Origin: a virus
Length of the DNA: 64,000 bases
Virus record (IMG/VR): IMGVR_UViG_3300026531_000001
Coordinates: 16,754-80,753 of that record
Direction: 5' to 3' (one strand)
Part shown: piece by piece, positions 56,460 to 64,000 of the stretch
Layout of the letters: each line of letters starts with the position of its first letter
Position numbering within the stretch: position 1 is the first letter of the stretch
Position numbers and translations under genes: made by a program
Notes under the pieces: model-generated
Database searches by the model: none
Seen by the model: the letters and a program-made list of their open reading frames with translations, nothing else
Told to the model about the DNA's origin: nothing

Positions 56460-56789
56460 ATGGCCAACAAGAAGAGACTTTACCTGGATGACTTGAGAAC
56501 TCCGCCGGCAGGGGAGGGCTACCAAGTCTTCCGCACGGTGGTCGAGCTGCAAACATGGATTGAGGCCAACGGTCTCAATGAAGTGGAGGAGATCAGCCTG
56601 GACCATGACTTGGGTCAAGACATGCCGACCGGTTACGACTTCATCAACTGGCTCGAGCGGTACGTAATCGCCCACAACTTGCGAGAAATGCCTCGGATAG
56701 TCAGCCACTCGAGCAACCCTGCGGGGCGAGCCAACATCGAGCGAGCGGTCGAGGCGATACGCAGGTGGATAAAAGGGGGTGCAGTATGA
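56460..56789 (+). CDS. Cyclic-phosphate-processing receiver (cREC-like) domain protein
   Basis: LYLDDLR, ISLDHDLG, TGYD and HSSNPAG motifs. Confidence 0.8.
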   Translation: MANKKRLYLDDLRTPPAGEGYQVFRTVVELQTWIEANGLNEVEEISLDHDLGQDMPTGYDFINWLERYVIAHNLREMPRIVSHSSNPAGRANIERAVEAIRRWIKGGAV

Positions 56790-57400
56790 AGGTGCAAAAT
56801 GGCCGGTGGTTCAAGCGGTTAGATGTAAGCGATGAGGCGAGCGGCGCTGCATGGGAAGACATGGGTGTTCCGGGACGGGTCGTGAACGCAATGCGTAAAT
56901 ACGGCTACCCGCTGCTAAGCAACAGCCTGAGTGCCGAGCGCGTTGAGGCCGGCCCGTGGGACAATGGTCGGCAGCCAATGGACGAGTCATGGTATGAGGT
57001 GCTGGCCACACTCGAGTTCCAGGGGCGCGAGGGCAAGATTGTGGTAAAGCTCGCCTCCAAGGATGCTCTATTGCGTGATGCGTTGAGCAACCTTCTCCCA
57101 TTCGCTGTCTATGGAGTACCCGATCGCGTGGTGCTCCCTCATGAGCGCCCGTCAGACGACAACTTCACTCTGAACCTAGCCGCGCGCTTCATGAGCCTCA
57201 ACTCCGATGCGCTTACTCCGCGGTCGGGCGTGGAGGTGCAATGCGCGGTTTCCGACGGTGACTCACGCAGGACGGTGACATGTGGTTATAGCGTTGTGGA
57301 CTTTGGCGAAGGGCATTTCGGCCAAGTCTGGGAGGAGGCCGGGTTCTCGAGCTCTCGCTGGGTAGGCACGGTGGGTATCCCGGAAGTGGTGGTAGATTAA
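56786..57400 (+). CDS. Hypothetical protein
   Basis: ATGA-coupled; hairpin at 57425-57455 downstream. Confidence 0.55.
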   Translation: MKVQNGRWFKRLDVSDEASGAAWEDMGVPGRVVNAMRKYGYPLLSNSLSAERVEAGPWDNGRQPMDESWYEVLATLEFQGREGKIVVKLASKDALLRDALSNLLPFAVYGVPDRVVLPHERPSDDNFTLNLAARFMSLNSDALTPRSGVEVQCAVSDGDSRRTVTCGYSVVDFGEGHFGQVWEEAGFSSSRWVGTVGIPEVVVD

Positions 57401-57465
57401 CACGCGGCGTGGCAAATATTAACACACCCCGTGAGCGCATTTCGCTCACGGGGTGAGCGTTTTGA

Positions 57466-57500
57466 GACCTTACACGCCGAGGCCCTGACCTTGTAAGGCT
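57466..57500. repeat. 35-bp palindromic-armed element, copy 2
   Basis: GACCTTACACGCCGAGGCCCTGACCTTGTAAGGCT. Confidence 0.85.
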
Positions 57501-57530
57501 TGGCCCCGTCCGCGCATCCAGGCCGCTGCC

Positions 57531-57552
57531 CTACCGCTCACCCCTCTAGGGT
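57531..57552 (+). promoter_or_regulatory. Late promoter motif (protease)
   Basis: CTACCG-N10-TAGGGT-N6-GTG. Confidence 0.75.
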
Positions 57553-57558
57553 GGCAAC

Positions 57559-58479
57559 GTGGAGCGCACCGGGATCATCGTACAACTACCCCACATGGCC
57601 AAAGCCACAGATGTGGACGGGCGCCGCATCGTCTACTTCGAGGCGTCGCGTGACGGGGTGGTGGATCGTGAAGGCGACATCGTAGCCGCAGATGCGCTAT
57701 GGGCGTCGCGCAAGGTCTTCCTAGAGCAGGGGAACCTGGACCTCAATCACTGGTCGTGGCTCGGAAACCCAATCGGGACCGGCGCTCGGCCGGAATACGT
57801 CATCGGCCTACCCCTCGAGGTCAAGCGGCAGGGCCGCTCGATTTACGTCAAAGGGGAGATTTTCTCGAACCGGACGCCCCCGCCACCGGGCAGCGCCGGC
57901 GACTGGGCCAACTGGTTTTGGCACTCGATCACCCAGATGGACCCGCCGCAGCGCTGGTACCCGTCGGTTTTTGGCAGCATTAAGGCAGTAGAGCACGACA
58001 CTGTGCGTGGCAAGCGAGTCCGGCGCATTACGGCGGTTGAATGGTTCTCGGTCGGGTTCGCACAGCGCGCCCAACACCCTGAGCTCCCCCCGGTTTCGAC
58101 TGAACCCATGGGGCCGCTGGCAAAAGCGGTGCAGGTACGCCCCGATGAAGGCGCGCGTGCCGGGGTAGAGGTTATGGACCTGAGCACATTCGCCAAGGCC
58201 CTCACCGTGGGCGTGCCCGTAACGGACAGTGCCGCGAAGGAAGGCGTGCAGGCCATGACCCCCGAAAGCCTGGACCGCCGAGTGAAAAAGATCGTTCCGT
58301 ACGAAAAGCTGCGTGGGCGGGTACTGCGCGCGATCTTGCGGGGCAGGGTAGCCCCAAAGCGCGCCGTCATTGCCCAAGCCTTTCAGAAACTGGGTTGCGA
58401 TCCGGGAACAGCGCGTGAATATACCGAACGCCTGCTCCTGGAAGCGGCCGCCATGCATCCAGACGGCAAACGCCGCTAG
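57559..58479 (+). CDS. Prohead maturation protease
   Basis: IVYFEAS..VDREGDIV, GNLDLNH and YPSVFG motifs; upstream of scaffold and capsid. Confidence 0.75.
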   Translation: MERTGIIVQLPHMAKATDVDGRRIVYFEASRDGVVDREGDIVAADALWASRKVFLEQGNLDLNHWSWLGNPIGTGARPEYVIGLPLEVKRQGRSIYVKGEIFSNRTPPPPGSAGDWANWFWHSITQMDPPQRWYPSVFGSIKAVEHDTVRGKRVRRITAVEWFSVGFAQRAQHPELPPVSTEPMGPLAKAVQVRPDEGARAGVEVMDLSTFAKALTVGVPVTDSAAKEGVQAMTPESLDRRVKKIVPYEKLRGRVLRAILRGRVAPKRAVIAQAFQKLGCDPGTAREYTERLLLEAAAMHPDGKRR

Positions 58480-58482
58480 GGT
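58461..58482 (+). promoter_or_regulatory. Late promoter motif (scaffold-capsid)
   Basis: AGACGG-N10-TAGGGT, short leader ending GGAGGTGAACATG. Confidence 0.75.
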
Positions 58483-58510
58483 GCGGGCGTGAAAAACGAC
58501 GGAGGTGAAC

Positions 58511-59218
58511 ATGGCCGACCATGAAAAGCTGCTCCAAGAAGGCGAAGCCGCCCTGGAGCGGGCCGCTGAGCTCCTGGCGAAAGCTGCAGACCCGGAGCTC
58601 GACCCGGCCACGGCTGACGAAGACCCCGACAAGGACTTCGACGGCCTGGACAATCCCGAACCCGTAGAGGGTGACGGTAACGCCGGAGAGCAGCCCGATG
58701 AGGACGGCGACGACGACTGCCCCGAGGGTGAGGACTGCGAGAAGGATGAAGAGGGCGACGAGCCCGCAGGGGAGACCACCGAAGAGAGCGTGCCCGAAGA
58801 GGGCGAAGACGAGCCCATGGCAAAAGCGGCCGATGGGTTCGTGGACGCCACGCCGCTGCTCGAGGCGATTGACGCCAAGCTGGGGCAGCTCGCGGAGCTG
58901 ACCAAGCGCGTGCAGGCGCTCGAAGCCCACAACAACGCCCTGGTCAAGGCCCTTGTGGCCCAGAACGAAGGGCTGGGGGCCCTGGTGAAAGCGCACGGCG
59001 TGCTGGCCGACGACACCCCGCGGCGTCCCAAGTCGCGCCAGGTCTCGGTGCCGACCTCTGCGCCCAAGCTCGACCGCGAGACCGTGATGGCCAAGGCCGC
59101 GGAGATCGTGGACGATCCTGTGCGCATGGGCATGATCGAGCACTACTACAACATCGGCAACATCGAAGGCATGCTGCAACATCTAACCGCCGAAGAGCGC
59201 GCCAAGCTCGCCGGCTAA
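58511..59218 (+). CDS. Acidic scaffold protein
   Basis: D/E-rich segment plus coiled coil, between protease and capsid. Confidence 0.7.
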   Translation: MADHEKLLQEGEAALERAAELLAKAADPELDPATADEDPDKDFDGLDNPEPVEGDGNAGEQPDEDGDDDCPEGEDCEKDEEGDEPAGETTEESVPEEGEDEPMAKAADGFVDATPLLEAIDAKLGQLAELTKRVQALEAHNNALVKALVAQNEGLGALVKAHGVLADDTPRRPKSRQVSVPTSAPKLDRETVMAKAAEIVDDPVRMGMIEHYYNIGNIEGMLQHLTAEERAKLAG

Positions 59219-59236
59219 GCAAGAGGAGGAACCTGA

Positions 59237-60700
59237 ATGTACGGATTGGGAGAAGGTGGAGTCGTAAGCGGCGCAGGCATCCCCGCAGGGGGTATCCAGA
59301 CCTTTGAGGACTGGAATGCTTTCGCCAAGGCGATCCAGACCTCGACCTATGAGACCGACCACAGCCAGCTCACTGGCGTTGGCGGCCTGCGCGTCGAGAG
59401 CCTGGAAGCAACCCTCAAGAAGATCATCGAAAAGGAAGAGTCGTTCAAGCTCTTCCGCGCGCTGAAGCGCCAGCCGGTCACTAGCTCGGTGCATGAGTAC
59501 ACCGCACAGACCAGCATCGGCGGGCAGCCTGGCGGCGCGTTCAACTCCGAAACCGGGCCGATCAGCTCCGAGGTTGGCGAGTACGACCGCCGGATCACCT
59601 TCGTGAAGTACCTCATGACCCAGGCGCAGATCAGCCATGTGGCTTCGGTGCAGAAGACCATCGTGCCGCTGAAAGCGCGCGAAAACGCCAATGCCCTGCT
59701 GCGCCTCAGCCGCGCTGCCAACTGGTCCATGTACCAGGGCAATGCCGCTGTCGCACCAATGCAGTTCGACGGCATCGAGGCGATCCTGAGTGACTTCCGT
59801 GGCGGTAGCAACATCCGCGACCTGGAGGGCTCGAGCGACGTGGGTGCCATTGTGGACACCATCTTCGAGTCGTTCGCCACCGCCATGGGCGAAGGCAACT
59901 TCGGGAAGATCACCCATGTCCACATGGACCCGATCACCCAGGCCGCTCTCGACCGCTACCTCGACCCCGCCTTCCGCGTGAACCTGGACAACAACCCCGC
60001 CGGTCTGCAGCTGGGTGCTCCCGTCAAGGCGATCCGCACCAGCTTCGGTGACGTGGCCACCGAACAGGACATCTGGATCGAGGGCCCCGAGAACGCGAAG
60101 CCGGCCTACGCCAAGTATGGCAAGGTGCCCGACGACGCCCCCGGCACTCCGACCGTCAGCGCAGCCGCCAACGCAAGCGCCGGGTCTAAGTTTGACTCGG
60201 ACAAAGCGGGCACCTACTACTACGTAGTGGCCGCGATTGACGAGCGCGGCGTCGAGGGCATTCCCAGCACTGCGGTTTCGGCGGCCGTCGCTGCCGACGG
60301 CAGCGTTACCCTGACCATCACCCCCAACTCCGACCGCAAGCAGACCGGGTACGCCATCTATCGCTCGACCCAGGATCCCGCCACGGCCCCGGCCCTCGCG
60401 GACTACCGCCTGGTCAAGCGCATCCCCGCCAACCCCGATCGCACCGCGACCACCGTCTTCGAGGACAAGAACGAGGACATCCCCGGTAGCTCCAAGCTCT
60501 TCCTGCTCAACCGCGTGCCGGAGGCTATCGAGTGGATCCAGCTGCTCCCCGCTACGCAGTTCCCCCTCTACCCCACCAATGCGGCAATCATCCCCTGGGC
60601 GGTCCTGCTTTACGGCGCGCTGCAGCTCTCGATTCCCAACCACCACTTCGTCATCAAGAACTTCCTCCCGCCCCTGGCGAAGTGGAAGCCCTTTAAGTAA
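59237..60700 (+). CDS. Major capsid protein (A511/K/SPO1-like)
   Basis: K|AIQTSTY..GGLRVESLE, VHEYT, RRITFVKYL, QFDGI and VLLYGALQL motifs. Confidence 0.85.
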   Translation: MYGLGEGGVVSGAGIPAGGIQTFEDWNAFAKAIQTSTYETDHSQLTGVGGLRVESLEATLKKIIEKEESFKLFRALKRQPVTSSVHEYTAQTSIGGQPGGAFNSETGPISSEVGEYDRRITFVKYLMTQAQISHVASVQKTIVPLKARENANALLRLSRAANWSMYQGNAAVAPMQFDGIEAILSDFRGGSNIRDLEGSSDVGAIVDTIFESFATAMGEGNFGKITHVHMDPITQAALDRYLDPAFRVNLDNNPAGLQLGAPVKAIRTSFGDVATEQDIWIEGPENAKPAYAKYGKVPDDAPGTPTVSAAANASAGSKFDSDKAGTYYYVVAAIDERGVEGIPSTAVSAAVAADGSVTLTITPNSDRKQTGYAIYRSTQDPATAPALADYRLVKRIPANPDRTATTVFEDKNEDIPGSSKLFLLNRVPEAIEWIQLLPATQFPLYPTNAAIIPWAVLLYGALQLSIPNHHFVIKNFLPPLAKWKPFK

Positions 60701-60763
60701 GCCCTAGAGCTTGCTTGTACGGCCGTCCAGTAGGACGGCCGTTTCTGTTATGCTGGATGTGTC

Positions 60764-61168
60764 ATGGAATACAGAATTGAAGCTACTCAACCCGCCGTAG
60801 TGCAGTCGGTGCGCGAGCATGGCCACCACATGGTCAACGGCCTCAAGTTCGAGCTGAGGGACAACCGGGCAATCTCGGAGCCTGCCAATGACCAGAAGAT
60901 CAAGACCTTCCAAGGCGTCACGGGCTACCTGCTTGTGCGCGCTGAGGAGCCCTACGACCGTGTGAGCGACCTCAGCGGCGAAAAGATCGTGCTGCGTGAT
61001 GCGAAGGAGCCGGAGCCCGAGGCCGGCACCGAATCGGCGCCGGAACCGGCGGCCCCGGCCCCGGAGGAGACCACCGTGTCCGAGACCCCTGCCGAACCGG
61101 CCGCTCAGGAGTCCAAGCCGAAGCCCAAGCGCAACACCCGGAACAACACCCGGAAGCCGAAAAAGTAA
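60764..61168 (+). CDS. Hypothetical head-associated protein with low-complexity tail
   Basis: Follows the capsid gene; P/E/K-rich C-terminus. Confidence 0.55.
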   Translation: MEYRIEATQPAVVQSVREHGHHMVNGLKFELRDNRAISEPANDQKIKTFQGVTGYLLVRAEEPYDRVSDLSGEKIVLRDAKEPEPEAGTESAPEPAAPAPEETTVSETPAEPAAQESKPKPKRNTRNNTRKPKK

Positions 61169-61176
61169 CGTCCACC

Positions 61177-61198
61177 TGACCGCCTCGAGGGGTAGGGT
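61177..61198 (+). promoter_or_regulatory. Late promoter motif (neck genes)
   Basis: TGACCG-N10-TAGGGT-N6-ATG. Confidence 0.75.
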
Positions 61199-61204
61199 AC
61201 GCCC

Positions 61205-62017
61205 ATGCCCCTCGAGACTCTTTTGACGCCGGCGTACATCCGCGAGCGCTACCTGCCCGGGCTGCCGCTGCTCGACTCGCAGGGGCGCCCGCTCCCCGAC
61301 GACACCATCACCCAGCGCGTCAAGGCCGTGGTGCGCGCCTTCGAGCGCAAGTACGACATCCGCCTCGAGCCCAAGCGGATCAAGGCGGGGCGCTATACCT
61401 TCGATGGCGAAGACCCCAGCACGATAGACGAGCATTTCCCGGGCGTGGACTGGCACCCCGACCAGAACCGGGACCACAAGCACTTCATCATGAAGCTGCC
61501 GGCGGGCCCCATCCGCGAGATCGAAAAGGTGGGCCTATGGATGCCCGGCATGCGGGCACCGGCCGAGTTCCCCAGCGACTGGATTGAGGTACGGCCGCGC
61601 TCGAGCACCATCCGGGTCTATGTAGGCACAACCCTGACCTACGCCATCCCTCAACTCAGTGGCATCATCATGAACCTGATCGGCTTCAATCGGCCGATCC
61701 CCGGAGGCTGGCACTTCATCTACACCGCAGGGTACGCTGAGGAAGACCTTACGGGGCGCGACTACGACCTGCTCGACGCTTTAGGCAAAGCCGCGGCGCT
61801 CGAGGTCCTAACCCCGGGGAGCCTGGACAAGCACTTCGCCGACGGCGTGACCTCGCGCAACGTGAGCGTTGACGGCCTCTCGCAGACCCTAAGCCTGACC
61901 AACACGCCCAACTCGCTGAAGTACCAGGCCCTCATCGCCCGCTACACCGAGGAGCTGGCGGCCTGGGAAAAGACCTTCTGGGCACGCAAGTCGGGTATCC
62001 GCTTCGGGGTGGTGTAA
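61205..62017 (+). CDS. Head-tail adaptor/neck protein
   Basis: IYTAGY and SRNVSVDGLSQTL motifs; position after capsid. Confidence 0.7.
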   Translation: MPLETLLTPAYIRERYLPGLPLLDSQGRPLPDDTITQRVKAVVRAFERKYDIRLEPKRIKAGRYTFDGEDPSTIDEHFPGVDWHPDQNRDHKHFIMKLPAGPIREIEKVGLWMPGMRAPAEFPSDWIEVRPRSSTIRVYVGTTLTYAIPQLSGIIMNLIGFNRPIPGGWHFIYTAGYAEEDLTGRDYDLLDALGKAAALEVLTPGSLDKHFADGVTSRNVSVDGLSQTLSLTNTPNSLKYQALIARYTEELAAWEKTFWARKSGIRFGVV

Positions 62018-62018
62018 C

Positions 62019-62960
62019 GTGGCCCGGTACGACCACTTCCCCATTCCCGAGATCGAGCCCACGTGGTTCGACACCCTGCTCAACTCGGGCCTTACCTACC
62101 GGATCGTCTACCGCAAGGCCAACCTTTGCCCCTGCCAGGATGAGCGTGGCGGCGGCCCCGACCCTAAATGCCCCGTTTGTCATGGTGTGGGGTACACCTG
62201 GGAGCCGGTGCAGTACGCCGAGTATACCGACACTCTCACGCACGTCGCGGTGGGTACCTGGGGCCTCGACCAGGCCAGCTCCGCCGAGCGCCTGACCCGT
62301 GGGGGCGTCCAGGAAGTGCTTGAGGTGCGGGACGCCGACGGCAACACCTATGATCCCGCCACGGAGGTGGCGCTCGAGCCTGATGGCCGCGTGCGCTTCG
62401 TCGGAGGCCGCGAGCCCGGGCCGGGGGTAAGTTACGCGGTGCGTTACCGCGCGCCCGTGCAGGGTCGCATGCACGCCCAAAGCGCGAACAAGCGGCGTAT
62501 CTGGGCCGACCGCGGCGAGGTGCAGGCGGGCGACCTGATCGCCTCGATCCCTTACACCCTCGAGGACTTAGCCACGCCCAACCCCGCTTGGCACGCCGGG
62601 CCCCATGACCGCTTCATCCTGATTGATGAGCGCTACCGCTATGAGCAGCGGATGCAGCGCGACCGCAAGGAGCAGCTGACCTTCACCTGGGTGCACGCCG
62701 TCCTGCGGCTGCGGGCCTATGAGGGCGGCAGCATCGTGGAGTACACCACCCCCGACGACTTCGTGATCACCGACGGCGAGGTGGTCTGGCAGGCCGGCCG
62801 CGGCCCGGCGCCGCGCACGCCCTACGTACTTGAGTACGAAGCCGCCCCGGAATACTACGTGCTCGACGGACTCACCTACGACCGGCACGCCGGCGGCCAC
62901 AGTCTCCCCCGCCGCCTCATGCTGCGGATGTGGAACAACTACCCCGGCCGCGGGCGGTAG
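62019..62960 (+). CDS. Neck/head-closure protein
   Basis: KANLCPC...CPVCHGVGY and YEAAPEYYV motifs. Confidence 0.7.
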   Translation: MARYDHFPIPEIEPTWFDTLLNSGLTYRIVYRKANLCPCQDERGGGPDPKCPVCHGVGYTWEPVQYAEYTDTLTHVAVGTWGLDQASSAERLTRGGVQEVLEVRDADGNTYDPATEVALEPDGRVRFVGGREPGPGVSYAVRYRAPVQGRMHAQSANKRRIWADRGEVQAGDLIASIPYTLEDLATPNPAWHAGPHDRFILIDERYRYEQRMQRDRKEQLTFTWVHAVLRLRAYEGGSIVEYTTPDDFVITDGEVVWQAGRGPAPRTPYVLEYEAAPEYYVLDGLTYDRHAGGHSLPRRLMLRMWNNYPGRGR

Positions 62961-63060
62961 CAGTTCGATAATCACCCTTATCGCCTCCGGGCGTCTGGGT
63001 GAAAGTACAAGGGTCGTCTGGATGAAAGGACGGCCCTTAATGCTTGCGTGCTTTCTTGCA

Positions 63061-63078
63061 TGTCCGGTATAGTGGACA
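63061..63078 (+). promoter_or_regulatory. Repressor operator over -10 (MTase)
   Basis: TGTCC-GGTATAGT-GGACA; -35 TTGCGT. Confidence 0.75.
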
Positions 63079-63079
63079 C

Positions 63080-64000
63080 ATGAGGAAGAAGACGCGGCGG
63101 AAAGCGCCCGACACCGGCTACCGGCTGCACGTCGGGGACGCTATGGATGTTCTGCCCACCCTCGAGGCCGGCTCAGTGCATTGTGTCGTGACCAGCCCGC
63201 CCTACTGGGGGCTGCGCGACTACGGGCTCGAGCCCCGGGTGTTTGGCGGGGACTCGGCATGCGCCCACGAGTGGGGCGCGATGGAGCGAGGCAAACGGCG
63301 CGATCTCCTGCCGGAGGAGGTGAGCGAAAGCCGATCGCGGCTGGGAACTCACCAGGAGCAGCACCGCGCTCCGCAGAACGGGGGCCGTTTCTGCCAACGC
63401 TGCGGTGCCTGGCTGGGACAGCTGGGGCTCGAGCCCACCCCCGAGCTCTACGTCGAGCATATGGTGGCGGTGTTCCGCGAGGTACGGCGAGTGCTCGCCG
63501 ACGACGGCACCCTGTGGCTCAACATCGGAGACTCCTACGTCACCGGCGCCGTCGGGGACAGCCTCAAGCGCAAAGACCTAGCGGGCATCCCCTGGCGGCT
63601 GGCGCTGGCGCTCCAGGCCGACGGCTGGTATCTGCGCGCGGACATCGTGTGGCACAAGCCCAACCCAATCCCCGAGAGCGTGCGAGACCGGCCGACGCGG
63701 GCCCATGAGTACGTATTCCTGCTCAGCAAGGCACCGGCTTACTATTACGACGCCGACGCGATCGCTGAGCGCGCCATAGGCGGCCACACCGGTGCGGGTG
63801 CTACTTTCCGCCGTGAGGCTAGCAAGCGCGGTGCCGCCCTCGTTCCCGGCCAGGCGCGCGGCACGCACCGTGCCGACCGGCCGGAGGTTGCCTACAACGG
63901 CCCAACCCGTAACGCACGCAGCGTGTGGACGATCGCCACCAAGCCGTTCCCGGGGGCGCACTCCGCCGTCATGCCGCTCGAGCTCGCCGAGCGCGCGGTG
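63080..64000 (+). CDS. DNA amino-methyltransferase, beta-class N4C/N6A (3'-truncated; missing from the ORF track)
   Basis: MRKKTRRKAPDTGYRLHVGDAMDVLPTLEAGSVHCVVTSPPYWGLRDY, DIVWHKPNP and HEYVFLLSK. Confidence 0.88.
   Translation, partial: MRKKTRRKAPDTGYRLHVGDAMDVLPTLEAGSVHCVVTSPPYWGLRDYGLEPRVFGGDSACAHEWGAMERGKRRDLLPEEVSESRSRLGTHQEQHRAPQNGGRFCQRCGAWLGQLGLEPTPELYVEHMVAVFREVRRVLADDGTLWLNIGDSYVTGAVGDSLKRKDLAGIPWRLALALQADGWYLRADIVWHKPNPIPESVRDRPTRAHEYVFLLSKAPAYYYDADAIAERAIGGHTGAGATFRREASKRGAALVPGQARGTHRADRPEVAYNGPTRNARSVWTIATKPFPGAHSAVMPLELAERAV

Larger units (their letters stand above)
1..64000. mobile_element. Large temperate myovirus-type phage-plasmid (partial)
   Basis: Virion, lysis and packaging genes together with rep/iterons, ParA-RHH and resolvase/dif-like site; no host chromosomal gene block. 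Confidence 0.85.

Overview
The whole window is part of one large, GC-rich (roughly two-thirds G+C by eye) temperate phage that appears to be maintained as a plasmid (P1-like lifestyle). Plasmid functions: an HTH replication initiator with internal iterons, a DnaC-like loader, ParA plus a ribbon-helix-helix partner, a Xer-like resolvase beside an 11-6-11 dif-like site, and its own DnaN clamp. Phage functions: a cI/cro-like switch; tail, baseplate and fibre genes; lysis genes; terminase; and a head module resembling SPO1/A511/K-type myoviruses (portal, protease, scaffold, capsid, neck). It also carries four tRNAs, a nucleotide-metabolism operon, DNA methyltransferases and 'polyvalent' proteins (two giant SNF2-type helicases including a DarB-like MTase-helicase, MuF, an iPPase-like domain and a RelA/SpoT small alarmone synthetase). 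Leaderless genes and strong CTCGAG enrichment suggest a Deinococcota host (inference). Three patterns lie outside the gene annotation. (1) A [LMF]-[AVI]-K|[AG] ('LAKA') motif sits at the predicted capsid maturation site and near the termini of the head proteins and all putative injected effectors, suggesting a protease-cleaved capsid-loading tag. (2) About 16 copies of a non-canonical promoter YGACSR-N10-TASGGT-N5-8-start precede the late genes, a -26/-10 architecture like PafBC 'sigma adaptation' promoters. (3) A separate TGTCY-N8-RGACA operator overlaps the -10 box of sigmaA-type early promoters. All product calls come from motif recognition by eye; no database searches were run.
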